In this document: piece by piece, positions 47,850-59,675 of the stretch
Numbering within the stretch: the stretch's first letter is position 1
How the letters are laid out: every line of letters begins with the position of its first letter
NCBI GenBank assembly: GCA_009103225.1
Contig: RHPI01003491.1
Span: 1 to 64,000 of the forward strand
Length of the DNA: 64,000 nucleotides
Reading direction: 5' to 3'
From: Chlorokybus atmophyticus
Lineage: Eukaryota > Plantae > Mesostigma and Chlorokybus algae
The notes under the pieces: generated by a model
The model's database searches: none
Told to the model about the DNA's origin: nothing
Seen by the model: the letters and a program-made list of their open reading frames with translations, nothing else
Program-made: the position numbers and the translations under genes

Positions 47850-48907
47850 TGCTCCACGCCATTTTGCTCCATGGTGTTGACGCGACGATCACGGCGAGGG
47901 TTGCCATCCGGTGTTGGCCTTTGCGTGCTTCGTTTGGGGCATCCGTACGCCAAATGCTCCGTCGACCCACACGCATAACACTTGCGCACACCTTTACCTC
48001 TTTCACCACGTCCGCCGTGCTTCGCCTCACTTCCATGCGTGTGTATGGCACCCACCTCCATTGGTGCAGGCCCAGAGTCAGCTCCACCTCCATTGGCAAG
48101 TGCTGAACTTGGTTCTCCTCGTCTCCATGCATGTTGAAAGCCTCCCCGGGGCTGATCACCATGCCTTTGCCTCCAGTCAGTGTTTCTTGTGGTGGACTTG
48201 AAGTACAACGCGTCGAGACGCTCCGCGAAGCGTATAGCCTCCGCGAGTGTCTTCGGGTCCTGTAGCTCCACTTCTTTACGCCCCAAAGGTTTTAAACCAC
48301 GTGTATACCTGTCCAACTGCTCCTCCTCGGTCATATTGGGTATGGACATCACCAATCGCTGAAACGCGGCCGTGTACGCCATCACCGACCCCATTTGCAC
48401 AAGGGCTGCAAGTTTGTCGCGTGCGGCCTTCACGCTCTCAACGGGAACAAATTGATGCCTGACCTCCAGTGCCAACTCTTCCATGGTGGTCAATGGTAGC
48501 GCCAACCCGTTTGCAACACGCGTACATCGATGCCTCCACCACACAAGTGCTGCACCTTCAAGCAATGTCGCTGCAACCTCCACGTGCAGATGCGTGGGCA
48601 CCTCCGTGAGCTTCAACCAAGACGATACTTGAAAAATCCATTCATCCACTGCATCTCCATCACGTTGACCCCTGAATGGCTTGGGCTTTGGCACCTTCAC
48701 ATGCACGCGCGAGCTTGATGCCATGGGAATTTGTACACGCGCCATCGCATGCTCATACGCCTCGCGTTGTGCTTGTGCCGCCGCTTGAGTGTGATGAAGC
48801 TCTTCTCTCAGTGCCAAGATGGCAGCTTGAAGCTCTTCCATGCGAGCATCCTCCATCTCCACTAACACACTACACTCCGCTTCCGAATGAAAAGTGTAAA
48901 CGCCCAC
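47828..48907 (-). CDS. gag: Gag with CCHC knuckle CYACGSTEHLAYGC
   Basis: 359-aa intact ORF downstream of the PBS. Confidence 0.95.
   Translation of the reverse strand: MGVYTFHSEAECSVLVEMEDARMEELQAAILALREELHHTQAAAQAQREAYEHAMARVQIPMASSSRVHVKVPKPKPFRGQRDGDAVDEWIFQVSSWLKLTEVPTHLHVEVAATLLEGAALVWWRHRCTRVANGLALPLTTMEELALEVRHQFVPVESVKAARDKLAALVQMGSVMAYTAAFQRLVMSIPNMTEEEQLDRYTRGLKPLGRKEVELQDPKTLAEAIRFAERLDALYFKSTTRNTDWRQRHGDQPRGGFQHAWRRGEPSSALANGGGADSGPAPMEVGAIHTHGSEAKHGGRGERGKGVRKCYACGSTEHLAYGCPKRSTQRPTPDGNPRRDRRVNTMEQNGVEQENDFPQ
47843..47849 (-). promoter_or_regulatory. Candidate -1 frameshift site G GAA AAC
   Basis: Four sense codons before the gag stop, at the same position as GGGAAAC in family 1; pol is in the -1 frame. 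Confidence 0.6.
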
Positions 48908-49993
48908 ACACTTCCTCTCTCACCTTCGTAAACCGTGCTCCGATACCAGTTGTGACGGTGCTCGTGCCTTGTCACCTGTGAGTTGGTCCAATCCACAACC
49001 CTCTCACCAAGACACGGTATTCACACCGGAACCTTGCCCCCTCTGCCAAGCACACACGCGCGCCCCGCCACTCGCGTACGCACGCGCATGCGCTCGAAGC
49101 TACACACCGACTTGTGTAGCGCCTTGGATCGTCACACAAGCAAGCACACACCGGTGGGCACACGCTAGCAACCCCTGCTAACCACCACCAAGCTTGCACA
49201 CCAGAAACTAGGGAGCTAAAGGTTGTATTGCAAGTTGTAGAATGTCACTTTTATACCTACCAGTCTGCACATGCTACTGTCTAGACGATTCTAGCGCTAG
49301 ACGGAACTAGAAGCTAAGATATTCTTGCAGAATCTTGTAGTACACTTCTAGACCTTTCCAACGCACCAAAGATCTCCTAATTTGCTGCTCATATGGTCAA
49401 GTTATACTACTTGGCGCCAGGCCCTTCCAGAAATCTGGTCGAGCCCTTCTCGACTGGCCCTCCGTTTTCTGGCACCTTCCGGACTGGTCTTGGGGCCCCG
49501 GTCGATATCCGCGGCAGACTCATAACTCGCCGATATCCGCCACAAGTCATTAAAAACATGTACCTTACAAATAAGGCCTAAAACGGCCATGAAAATCACA
49601 GAATTTGGCCTTGACTGTTACAACCTTTATCTTTCCAATGCGAACGCACAACTCTTTGGTCATTAACGCAATGCCATTACCTCCAGAGGGTGGCCATCAG
49701 CGAGCTTCACTTCACCTCCTCGTACTAACAAAAGCCAACCGTAACGCCGTGCAATATCAATACTCATAAAGTGCTGTTGGCACCGCTATCAATCATGAGC
49801 TTACACTCTCTCCATCGACCTTGGTCATCGCAATTGTGTGCTCGAAGCCCGAAGTACTTTGTTGTCTCCTCTTTTGCATAACTTACTACCGTTGGCGCGT
49901 TCATAGCCATCTTCTCTTGCTTCCTTGATGGAAATGTCACAGCATCCGTTCGTGCATGAGGCTCCTTCCTATCCCCAACAGTAGCCTCCTCAC

Positions 49994-51067
49994 CTACTGA
50001 GGGAAGTCGTTTTCCTGCTCCACGCCATTTTGCTCCATGGTGTTGACGCGACAATCACGGCGAGGGTTGCCATCCGGTGTTGGCCTTTGCGTGCTTTGTT
50101 TGGGGCATTCGTACGCCAAATGCTCAGTCGACCCACACGCATAACACTTGCGCACACCTATACCTCTTTCACCACGTCCGCCGTGCTTCGCCTCACTTCC
50201 ATGCGTGTGTATGGCACCCACCTCCATTGGTGCAAGCCCAGAGTCAGCTCCACCTCTATTGGCAAGCGCTAAACTTGGTTCTCCTCGTCTCAATGCATGC
50301 TGAAAGCCTCCCCGGGGCTGATCACCATGCCTTTGCCTCCAGTCAGTGTTTCTTGTGGTGGACTTGAAGTATGGTGCGTCGAGACGCTCCGCGATGCGTA
50401 TAGCCTCCGCGAGTGTCTGCGGGTCCTGTAGCTCCACTTTTTTACACCCCAAAGGTTTTAAACCACGTGTATTCCTGTCCAGCTGCTCCTCCTCGGTCAT
50501 ATTGGGTATGGACATCACCAATCGCTGAAACGCAGCCGTGTACGCCATCACCGACCCCATTTGCACAAGGGCTGCAAGTTTGTCGCGTGTGGCCTTCACG
50601 CTCTCAACGGGAACAAATTGATGCCTGACCTCCAGTGCCAACTCTTCCATGGTAGTCAATGGCAGTGCCATCCCACTTGCAACACGCGTACAACGATGTC
50701 TCCACCAAACAAGTGCTGCACCCTCAAGTAATGTCGCTGCGACCTCCACGTGCAGATGCATAGGCACCTCCGGGAGCTTCAACCAAGACGATACTTGGAA
50801 AATCCATTCATCCACTGCATCTCCATCACATTGACCCTTGAATGGCTTGGGCTTTAGCACCTTCACATGCACGCGCGAGCTTGATGCCATGGGAACTTGT
50901 ACACGCGCCATCGCATGCTCATACGCCTCGCGTTGTGCTTGTGCCGCTGCTTGAGTGTGATGAAACTCTTCCCTCAATGCTAAGATGGCAGCTTGAAGCT
51001 CTTCCATGTGCGCATCCTCCACTAACACACTACACTCCGCTTTCAAATGAAAACTGTAAACGCCCAC
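49994..51067 (-). CDS. gag: Gag of the older family-2 copy (ORF still open)
   Basis: 357-aa ORF, nearly identical to 47828-48907. Confidence 0.85.
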   Translation of the reverse strand: MGVYSFHLKAECSVLVEDAHMEELQAAILALREEFHHTQAAAQAQREAYEHAMARVQVPMASSSRVHVKVLKPKPFKGQCDGDAVDEWIFQVSSWLKLPEVPMHLHVEVAATLLEGAALVWWRHRCTRVASGMALPLTTMEELALEVRHQFVPVESVKATRDKLAALVQMGSVMAYTAAFQRLVMSIPNMTEEEQLDRNTRGLKPLGCKKVELQDPQTLAEAIRIAERLDAPYFKSTTRNTDWRQRHGDQPRGGFQHALRRGEPSLALANRGGADSGLAPMEVGAIHTHGSEAKHGGRGERGIGVRKCYACGSTEHLAYECPKQSTQRPTPDGNPRRDCRVNTMEQNGVEQENDFPQ

Positions 51068-51779
51068 ACACTCCCGCTCTCCCTTCGTAAACCGTGCTCC
51101 GATACCAGTTGTGACGTTGCTCGTGCCTTGTCACCTGTGAGTTGGTCTAATCAACAACCCTCTCACCAAGACACGGTATTCACGCCAAAACCTTGCCCCC
51201 TCTGCCAAGCACACACGCGCGCCCCGCCACTCGCGTACGCACGCGCATGCGCTCGAAGCTACACACCGACTTGTGTAGCGCCTTGGATCGTCACACAAGC
51301 AAGCACACATCAGTGGACACACGCTAGCAACCCATGCTAACCACCACCAGGCTTGCACACAAGAAACTAAGGAGCTAAAGGTTGTGTTGCGAATTGTAGA
51401 ATGTCACTTTTATACCTACCAGTCTGCACATGCTACTGTCTAGACGATTCTAGCGCTAGGAGAAACTAGAAGCTAAGATACTCTTGTAGCATCTTGTAGT
51501 ACACTTCTAGACCTTTCCAACGCACCAAAGATCTCCTCATTTGCTGCTCATATGGTCAAGTTATCCTACTTGGCGCCAGGCCGTTCCAGAAATCTGGTCG
51601 AGCCCTTCTCGACTGGCCCTCCATTTTCTGGAGTCTTCCAGACTGGCCCTGGGCCGGTCGATATCTGCGGCAGACTCCCAACTCGCCGATATCCGCCACA
51701 GTCATGAAAAACATGATACCTCACAAACAAGGCTCAAAATGGCCATGAAAATCACGACATTTGGCCTTGACTATTACAG

Positions 51780-52349
51780 CTGTGGGGAGATCCTCCGAAT
51801 CTGCTTGAGCAGGAGAAACTGGGACTGGCAGTACGGGCCTGCGAGGGGGGGCTGGTTGTCGGCATTCAATTGGAGCAGCCGGCCTGCGCGCCTGCAGCTA
51901 AGGGCACGCTTCTCTGTCGTGGCCTTCCTGTGCACAGTTGAAGCAGGTGAGAGGGGATTTCGGTGTGAGAACCGTGACAATGGTCTCGCACGCAACGCGT
52001 AATTTCTTGTAAGTGAAGTGCGGCTTCTTGGGAAGCGTGCGCCCGGGGATGGGAAGGAACAAAAACCGGCAGCCAGAGTGGAGAAGAGTGCAACATTTGA
52101 TGACGAAAGCATGGGGCGACCAAGCTCACCATAGCTGCGCAGTGCCTCTTTAAGAAAAGGCTCAACCATCTCCGTAGCCCCAAGAAAAGAGACCCAGCCC
52201 CGCAACTCAGCCCGTGCTGCGTCCCGGAGAACACGCACTGGCTGTCCATGGAAGGATGGAAGAGAGCGTGTGTCTGCTCTTGACAGGATTTCAAAGCAAG
52301 CCGTAGGGAGAATGGAGATTACAATGAAACTCCCCGCGTAATACATCAT
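51780..52349 (-). pseudogene. LINE ORF1-like fragment with CCHC knuckle
   Basis: GWVSFLGATEMVEPFLKEALRSYGEL resembles the plant L1 ORF1 W-V..G-P motif; after a frameshift comes CFNCAQEGHDREAC (~51905-51946), then a Pro-rich tail cut by the LTR at 51778. Confidence 0.55.
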
Positions 52350-53830
52350 GGATAGAGAAGATCATGGAGCTGCCATAACCAGCCATGCACGCAATGTAAC
52401 CATGCAATCCGGACAGATGTAACCAAGGCTAGAGATGGTGTAAATGGGAAGATAAAAATTACGCAACAAGCACGCATATGTGTATGCCACATGTCTACGT
52501 GCGCATGCACAGACAGTGAGAATCTAGCCATGCTAGAAGCATCATCTAGCATAGCAGCAGCGACGGAATCAGGTGAGTTATCTATTACTGCGCAAATCTC
52601 ATCTGTGCGGAGGCAGAAGAGGGGGAGGAGGATGGTGGTTCAGCTTCTGGAGGTGCAAAAGGCTTGATTGGACTGAGCGGAGGCGAGGATCGCCCTCCAT
52701 TGAGACAGGAGCAGGCAGACGGGGGAGAGAAGAGAGATTTCCATCCATGGGGGTAGGGGAAGGGGTGCAGAGGGAGAGGGGAGGCGAGGGACAGGTGGAG
52801 GGAGATCAGAAGACATATAGGGCATCTACGCCCGCCAAAGAAGCAGCAGGCTGCACTGCAGCTCCCTGTCCGACTGAGTGATGAAAATAGATTGGTCAAC
52901 GCCTGGTGCGACGGAAAAAGTCAAAGAAAGGACGAGGAGGGAGAGCGCAGGAGGCCTGGCATTAGCCATTAGCCATACCCTCCTCCCCCGAGTGAAGAGA
53001 CCGCGGAGGACGCGAAGGGGAAAGATGATCGCCGCCGCCGCTGCCCGCCAGCACCCAAGCCATGCAAGCATGCATACACGCACGGTGTGCTAGGTGCTCC
53101 TACTATAAGCCTTCATGCACAAATGATCTTAATTAATTATTAAGAGACCCACCGTAATGATTGTGTATACATAACGGTAGTTTAATTGCTGAGCTAGTAG
53201 TTGTTGATGACTGCATGTGTGCAAGTATCAGGTGTCATATCCTATTATGCGCAACGCAATCGCGCAACTTCAATACAACCTACATGTGTTCACTCGTGCT
53301 ACAAATGATTGAACATATGCAAATTGTGCAGAGTTAATATATTTGCACAATACATTACACAACATGTTTGCTATGCAGCGGGTATACCGATTGACTCAAT
53401 CCGTATAACCGCACACATTTTGGAGACTGGTGACTGCACGTGATACATCAAAAGTATCATGCAAATATTCATGGCACATACGAAGAACCCAACCATGCGT
53501 AATACTGTATGTGTGGACTAGAGCACACTCAAGGTGCACTTGATAAAGGCTTCACTCAAGAGAGCTCATGCATGTAAGTTGTCCGTTATTAACGAGCTAA
53601 TCATCGTTGATGTGAGTCATATTAACATAAAACATAACATAACATATCAAGTCAACAGAAAATATTTTATCAAATCAGTAATCTTTGCTGCATTGAAGAT
53701 GACAATGCTGATAGTTAGAAGAATTGCATTGTACAATTATTGTTATAGTACAATGTCTGTATGACAGTTGATACAATATCCACCCATTTTTGCAAACGAC
53801 GACGTCATTCAAGTTGCTATTCGTTATCAA

Positions 53831-53981
53831 CGGTTGATGCTTATCACATCAACGCAACAACAGCTACTCGCCGTATCAGTGTTACGGTTGATGCTTATCA
53901 CATCAATGCAACAACAGCTACTCGCCGTAACACTGATACGGCGAGTAGCTGCTGTTGCATTAGTGTGATAAGCATGAATCG
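53831..53981. repeat. 54-bp unit in direct-direct-inverted arrangement (fold-back)
   Basis: Forward 53831-53884, forward partial 53885-53929, inverted 53928-53981. Confidence 0.85.
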
Positions 53982-54545
53982 ACATTGCTCAAAAATGTTT
54001 GCTTTTCAAATTGTAAGCAAAATTTAATTGTGTAAATTATCATGCTCACATGTGAGTCGCATCCAAGGTTATTCGCCAGGGTTTAAAACATATAATGTAT
54101 ATGAGGGATGTTACTACCATAGCTCAATGGTCTGCGCTAGAACACATTGTTGCGTGGGAGGGCAGATTGGAGAACGTCCTGTACTTAGCAAATAACAGCG
54201 GTATGTTCATCCCATGAATTGATGACAAAGCTGCAGTACACGGAATCGTTAAATTCTCGTCGTTGAACCATACCAGTTCAACATTTAACTTGCAGCAATT
54301 GACATGTGTGATTTGGCAACCTTACCATATATATCAAAGCAACCACATGTAAAAAGTGTTGTGCGAGCCGCATCATCATAGTGTCTTCTCGGATCGTCAT
54401 GCAAGCGAGTATACTTATGCTGTGTTGAAATTGTTCTATAATGTACAATTAGCCACTCTTGGATCTATATATTGCCACCCTTGTAAGTTCATCATGTGTA
54501 TCATTTTCATTTGCTTACAAGCCTACAAACAAAGGAAGCCCTCCC

Positions 54546-54888
54546 NNNNNNNNNNNNNNNNNNNNNNNNNNNNNNNNNNNNNNNNNNNNNNNNNNNNNNN
54601 NNNNNNNNNNNNNNNNNNNNNNNNNNNNNNNNNNNNNNNNNNNNNNNNNNNNNNNNNNNNNNNNNNNNNNNNNNNNNNNNNNNNNNNNNNNNNNNNNNNN
54701 NNNNNNNNNNNNNNNNNNNNNNNNNNNNNNNNNNNNNNNNNNNNNNNNNNNNNNNNNNNNNNNNNNNNNNNNNNNNNNNNNNNNNNNNNNNNNNNNNNNN
54801 NNNNNNNNNNNNNNNNNNNNNNNNNNNNNNNNNNNNNNNNNNNNNNNNNNNNNNNNNNNNNNNNNNNNNNNNNNNNNNNNNNNNNNNN
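54546..54888. other. Assembly gap (343 N)
   Basis: Run of N. Confidence 1.
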
Positions 54889-56685
54889 CTCTCTCATGGA
54901 GCTGTGGCGCCACCCAAGCCGCTAAAGGCTTCCTCTCTGTTCCTCCGGAACCTCTTCAACACACGCAAGCAAGGCGGCGGTGCAATGGAGAGGGATCTCT
55001 GTGTACACGGACGGGTACCTCCATGTGCTAGCGTATTTTGCTTGCGCTAAGGCTGGTGATCGTATGTGGGTATGAGTGTGCACGTGTGCGCTCTCGCGGC
55101 TGTGCATGTGTGGGTATTGATGCGTGCACTTGTGTGCACGAGTACATGCGTTGTGTGAGTGTGCATGTATACCCGCACGTGCGTGCGAGCGTGTCTGCGT
55201 GCGTGAATGTGTATTGCATTTTGGCATTTGTTGAGTGCGATTGCAATTATGTTGCTGCTTGTATACTATATGGCAAAAGTGTACAGCAAAATGTGTACGC
55301 CCATCCAGCATGTGCGCATGACAATAGTGAGCGTGGAGGGGGTATTGATACAAAGCAAGCCGGTTTTACTGTAGTAGCCCTGTCCATTGCGCTTAAGATC
55401 ATGGAGATGCAGTCTTCCACCTCGCACGCTACTTTGTCGTGCATCTGCTAGATGCCATGGCCCCGCCCTTCTCTTGCGCCTTTGCTGAACATGTCCTCGA
55501 TCAAGGTGACCTCATCGGCCATCCGAGGTGATGCCTTGGCAGCGGCCCGGCATGTGGGACTTTGTGATGTTTTATAGAGATGCGAGATTTGACCCGCCTC
55601 TTAGTCGTGGTAGGACAGCTGTACTAATACAATTGCTTGAGGGTGTGAACTAGTCGTTGCATGCTGTTTGATCTTTCCACTCTTCACTTACCAATGAGTG
55701 TGGCAACATCCCTTATGTTGAGCTATCAGCTTTATCAATAGGAACGTAAAAGGGAGAGAGGAGAATGTGTTGCACCAATCAACATCGCTGCTTGTGGGGT
55801 GCATCTACATGTTCAGCCTTGCGTGCTGGGATAGCGATTGATGGAGGAGGAGAAGGAGCGGCCCCCGGGCCTGGCGCTAGAGTTGGTAGAGGCAAAGGGG
55901 GCGGGCAAAGCGGTGCAGTGCAAGGGGAGGACTGGCGAAGGAGGGGGAGGGGACGGACGCGGATCAGGGATGGGAATGGGGTGGAGAAAGGGGAAAGGGG
56001 GCGTGCAATATCAATACTCATAAAGTGCTGTTGGCACCGCTATCAATCATGAGCTTACACTCTCTCCATCGACCTTGGTCATCGCAATTGTGTGCTCGAA
56101 GCCCGAAGTACTTTGTTNCAAGCAGTGTATGCCATTGCCATTGCCTGTCAGAGGAATCGCCTGACACAATCTACTGATGCCTTGGCCGCAAGCATGCCTC
56201 ATCTTGTCCGCACGCGTCCTACTGGCTTGCTTGCTTGGTATACCAATCCAACTCGTATCAGGCGGGCACGACGCGTTTGTCGTAGCCGTGGCGCCCTGGT
56301 TACCAAACCGCCGAGTCCTTGCCAAGCAAACCGCCGCCAACATCCATGGCACTCTACTGTGACTGCGAAGTCGCCAGGCCGCGGCCTTCTTGCCGACAAG
56401 CTGTTTGTATATCTAATAACAAGGCCGGACTGGAGCTTGGTAAGCTCTTACAGCAAAGAGTATGCGCTGCTGTACCCAGCTTGCGGGTGTTGCAAGCAAA
56501 ATGCTTGGCGGGCTGCCAGGCGCAGTCAGCCTAGGCTGGTTCAGCAGGCCTGCTGAGGCATTGCGGGCAGCGCCCATGCTGCTGCAGCGTATAAAAGTCT
56601 GGCTCGCTAACTCCTTCTTTGTATGTGTGGGTGGATAGGTGAGCGGTTCTGGCTGCCTGTTGGACGTCATTCCCAGAGCACGATA

Positions 56686-59353
56686 ATGGCGCCAGCCTGG
56701 CGTCTGCCTCTGCTGCTGCCGTTACTGTTGCTGCTGCTTGGCTCAGGTAAGAGCTGCCTGTTTAGCTGAGTGCTTGCAGCTGGCTGACGACATGAAACTG
56801 CAACTCCGGCTGCCTTCGCGGCAATGCTTTCGCATGGTTGCTTACGCTCGTGTTTGCTTGAATGCAGCTCGCAAGGCGTCTGCTGTGTCCGACCAGGAAG
56901 GTGAGTGTGATTGCAAGTCTGCCACAAGCACACGCATGCCGCTTGCGTGCAATGTTCTCAGGTTTGGCATGGACTGTGATACACAGGGGTGTGCAGTCAC
57001 ACTCTCATGCTCACGCTCTCGTCGCACCATTGGCAGTTGCGGCTATTCAGTCGCTGCAGGCGGCCGTCTACTATGTGGATGGCGCCGGCAAGCAGGTGCA
57101 GGGGCCTCCCCTCTGGCCTTCCAACCTGACCGGCTACAACGTCTGCAATCTTTCTGGGATCTCTTGCACCAACGGAGCCATTACGACCTTGTGAGTGACA
57201 ACTGCGTGCTCTTGTTGTTGGAACTAAGACTTGATGTTGTCACTGAGTCACTCAGTTCTGACACATTGCATATCTGTCAGGGACTTGTCTTATAAGACAA
57301 GCAAGTACCAAAAGCTCCAGAATAACCAGCCCTTGACCGCGCTCAACAAACTCACCAACCTGCAGAAACTGTAAGTTTGCTGCACAACGGCATTGATTGT
57401 TCTTACAGGTTGTTCGGCAACATGTTCAGAGGCTGCTGGCTTCGTGGGCCGACCCTTATCCAGACATCTCTCAATCACCATTACATGTTCTTTGCTACGC
57501 AGATACCTCCAGGGCAACGCTTTTACTGGTCCGCTACCCAATCTAAGCGGTCTCACCGGCTTGGTCGAATTGTAAGTTGCTACTGAGGTTTAACTATGAG
57601 ATCCGTGCCATGGGCTACTATTTACTGCAGCTGCCTCTGAGATTGCGCATTGCCAGACACTCTTCTTATTGACCTTATTATGTTGACATGTCATTGATGC
57701 ACTGCGGGCATACTTTAAGAGATTGTGTACGTGGGTGCAGGTTGCTGGGTTACAATGCATTTTCTGGAACATTGCCGCCCGAGTGGAGTAACCTCAAAAA
57801 CTTGAAGTTCTTGTAAGTGCATGACAGGGTTCTACTGGTAGCACTCATGCTTCTCTTGTTTGCGATGACCGATGTTGTTGAGGCTGACATGCATACATTA
57901 TGATGCAGATCCCTTAGTGACAACCCGCTCTCGGGGCCGTTGCCGCCAACATGGGGCAATTTGATCAACCTACAGCGGCTGTAAGTAACATACCGTGCAT
58001 GTTCAACGGGTTGTCATACCCATGACACATTGTTCCACTCGATCTCTTATATGTGTTTGTAGCATGTATTACTATGTGTGACATATGGTGCATACTTGTG
58101 GTTGTGCAGCGAAATGTCGACGAACAGATTAGTTGGCGAGTTACCGTACGAGTGGGGTAGCTTGACAAACCTCAACTACATGTAAGTGCTAATCAAGAGT
58201 AAGCATTTTTGTTCATGATTGGCCTGGTGATCACCAGGCAAACTCGCTTGTTTTGCATACCAGTGAAAGGACTTCTCTCATGGTAACACTTACATACATG
58301 AGCAGGTATCTGAGCAAGAACCAGCTTGCAGGACCTTTGCCAAGCGCACTGAGCAATCTGGTCAACCTAAGCTATTTGTGAGTCATAAGATGTTTCAGCT
58401 AACGAGCTGTTGTAGCTATCAGCGTGATGCATGTGTTGATTTATATGATTTATGCACGACAGTTTCATGACGTGTGCTTCATGCAACTTACGATGCAGAA
58501 TGGTGGTTTTGCAGAGATCTGACAGGCAACAAGTTTTTTTGGGTGATACCGTCCGAGTGGGGCAGATTGACCAATCTGCGCACCATGTAAGTAATGGCGG
58601 TCATGAATGCGGACGTGTTTTCTTTGCAAGAGTGACTCAATTGTCTATGGACTGTTCACTAGCAAGGCAAGAGTCCTGCATGCTAACATTTGGCTGCATG
58701 GTTAGATATCTTGGTAACAACCAACTTTCTGGACCATTGCCGAGCACATTGAGCAAACTGGTCANCCTACAAACTGTTCACTAGCATTCAAGGCAAGAGT
58801 CCTGCATGCTAACATTTGGCTGCATGGTTAGATATCTTGGTAACAACCAACTTTCTGGACCATTGCCGAGCACATTGAGCAAACTGGTCAGCCTACAAAC
58901 TTTGTAAGTTGCAACTCTTGCTCATCAACCCTTGCTATGTACCAGTTGCTGTAATGCACGTATGGCTCTGACTCTCGTATGCACAATGACATGCTTCACT
59001 GTGCGCAGTGATGTACACGGCAACGCTAAACTTTGCGGAAACTCTCCCGCCCTCAGTCCAAGCGTGCGTTACACCGATTACAGTGGCACTAGCATTGGCA
59101 GCGACTGCCCATCGTCCCGGTGGGTGTGCAGTTGGCAGCCATGATGGAAGTGTGGGTGCAGTAAGACCCGCTCTCTCAGTCTTTCACCAATCGACTAGAG
59201 CCTCTTCGAGTGTATTGCCAGCAGAAGGCCTGCTGCTTCAAGTGCCAGTGCACACCCCATCATCTGTTCTTTTCCTTCAACCGGAGCAACCGCGTCTGCA
59301 ATCTGTATGCCTTGGCTGCGCGGACCCCTACCTGCCTCCCTTACAGTACATAG
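56686..59353 (+). CDS. Secreted LRR protein, copy 2
   Basis: Exons 56686-56746, 56868-56900, 57037-57190, 57281-57370, 57503-57571, 57741-57812, 57909-57980, 58110-58181, 58306-58377, 58515-58586, 58832-58903 and 59009-~59119; same phases as copy 1; extra donor-less exon copy at 58706-58774. Confidence 0.85.
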
Positions 59354-59540
59354 TTGCCACCTGGGGTGGTGATAAAGCTTGTGGTAGTTACTCAACCCGT
59401 GCATTGCATCTCCCTCCCAAACCTGCTTCCTTGGCGGTGTTATTGTAGTCATAAACGTGGTGTCACACATGCCCAGTAGTCAAGCTTATTTAGATTTCAA
59501 GAGACATCCCACCATAGTTTGCATACCCAAACCCAAACCC

Positions 59541-59542
<2 letters not shown>

Positions 59543-59631
<89 letters not shown>

Positions 59632-59632
59632 N

Positions 59633-59665
<33 letters not shown>

Positions 59666-59675
59666 GTGTGTGTGT
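59543..59675. repeat. Long (CT)n-(TG)n microsatellite
   Basis: Seen directly. Confidence 0.95.

Larger units (their letters stand above)
43574..49622 (-). mobile_element. Young, intact chromovirus (Ty3/gypsy) LTR retrotransposon, 6049 bp
   Basis: LTRs 43574-44245 and 48951-49622 (672 bp, 3 differences by eye); PPT 44246-44258; PBS 48937-48948; TSD ACCTT at 43569-43573 and 49623-49627; uninterrupted gag and pol. Confidence 0.97.
41532..51778 (-). mobile_element. Older, internally deleted chromovirus family-2 copy hosting the younger copy
   Basis: 3' LTR 41532-42199, PPT 42200-42211, decayed INT/chromodomain 42212-43497, RT/RH deleted (junction ~43498), protease remnant either side of the nested insert, gag 49994-51067, PBS 51096-51107, 5' LTR 51110-51778. 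Confidence 0.88.

Noticed and set aside
41527-51783. CAGCTG at the flanks of the old chromovirus as a second circle-junction signal
   Set aside because: This family has ordinary LTRs, a PBS and 5-bp TSDs; the hexamer match is likely chance.
56003-56118. 115-bp chromovirus pol fragment upstream of LRR copy 2
   Set aside because: Identical to ~49749-49863, ends at an N and replaces a poly-G region present in copy 1; most likely a gap-filling artefact.
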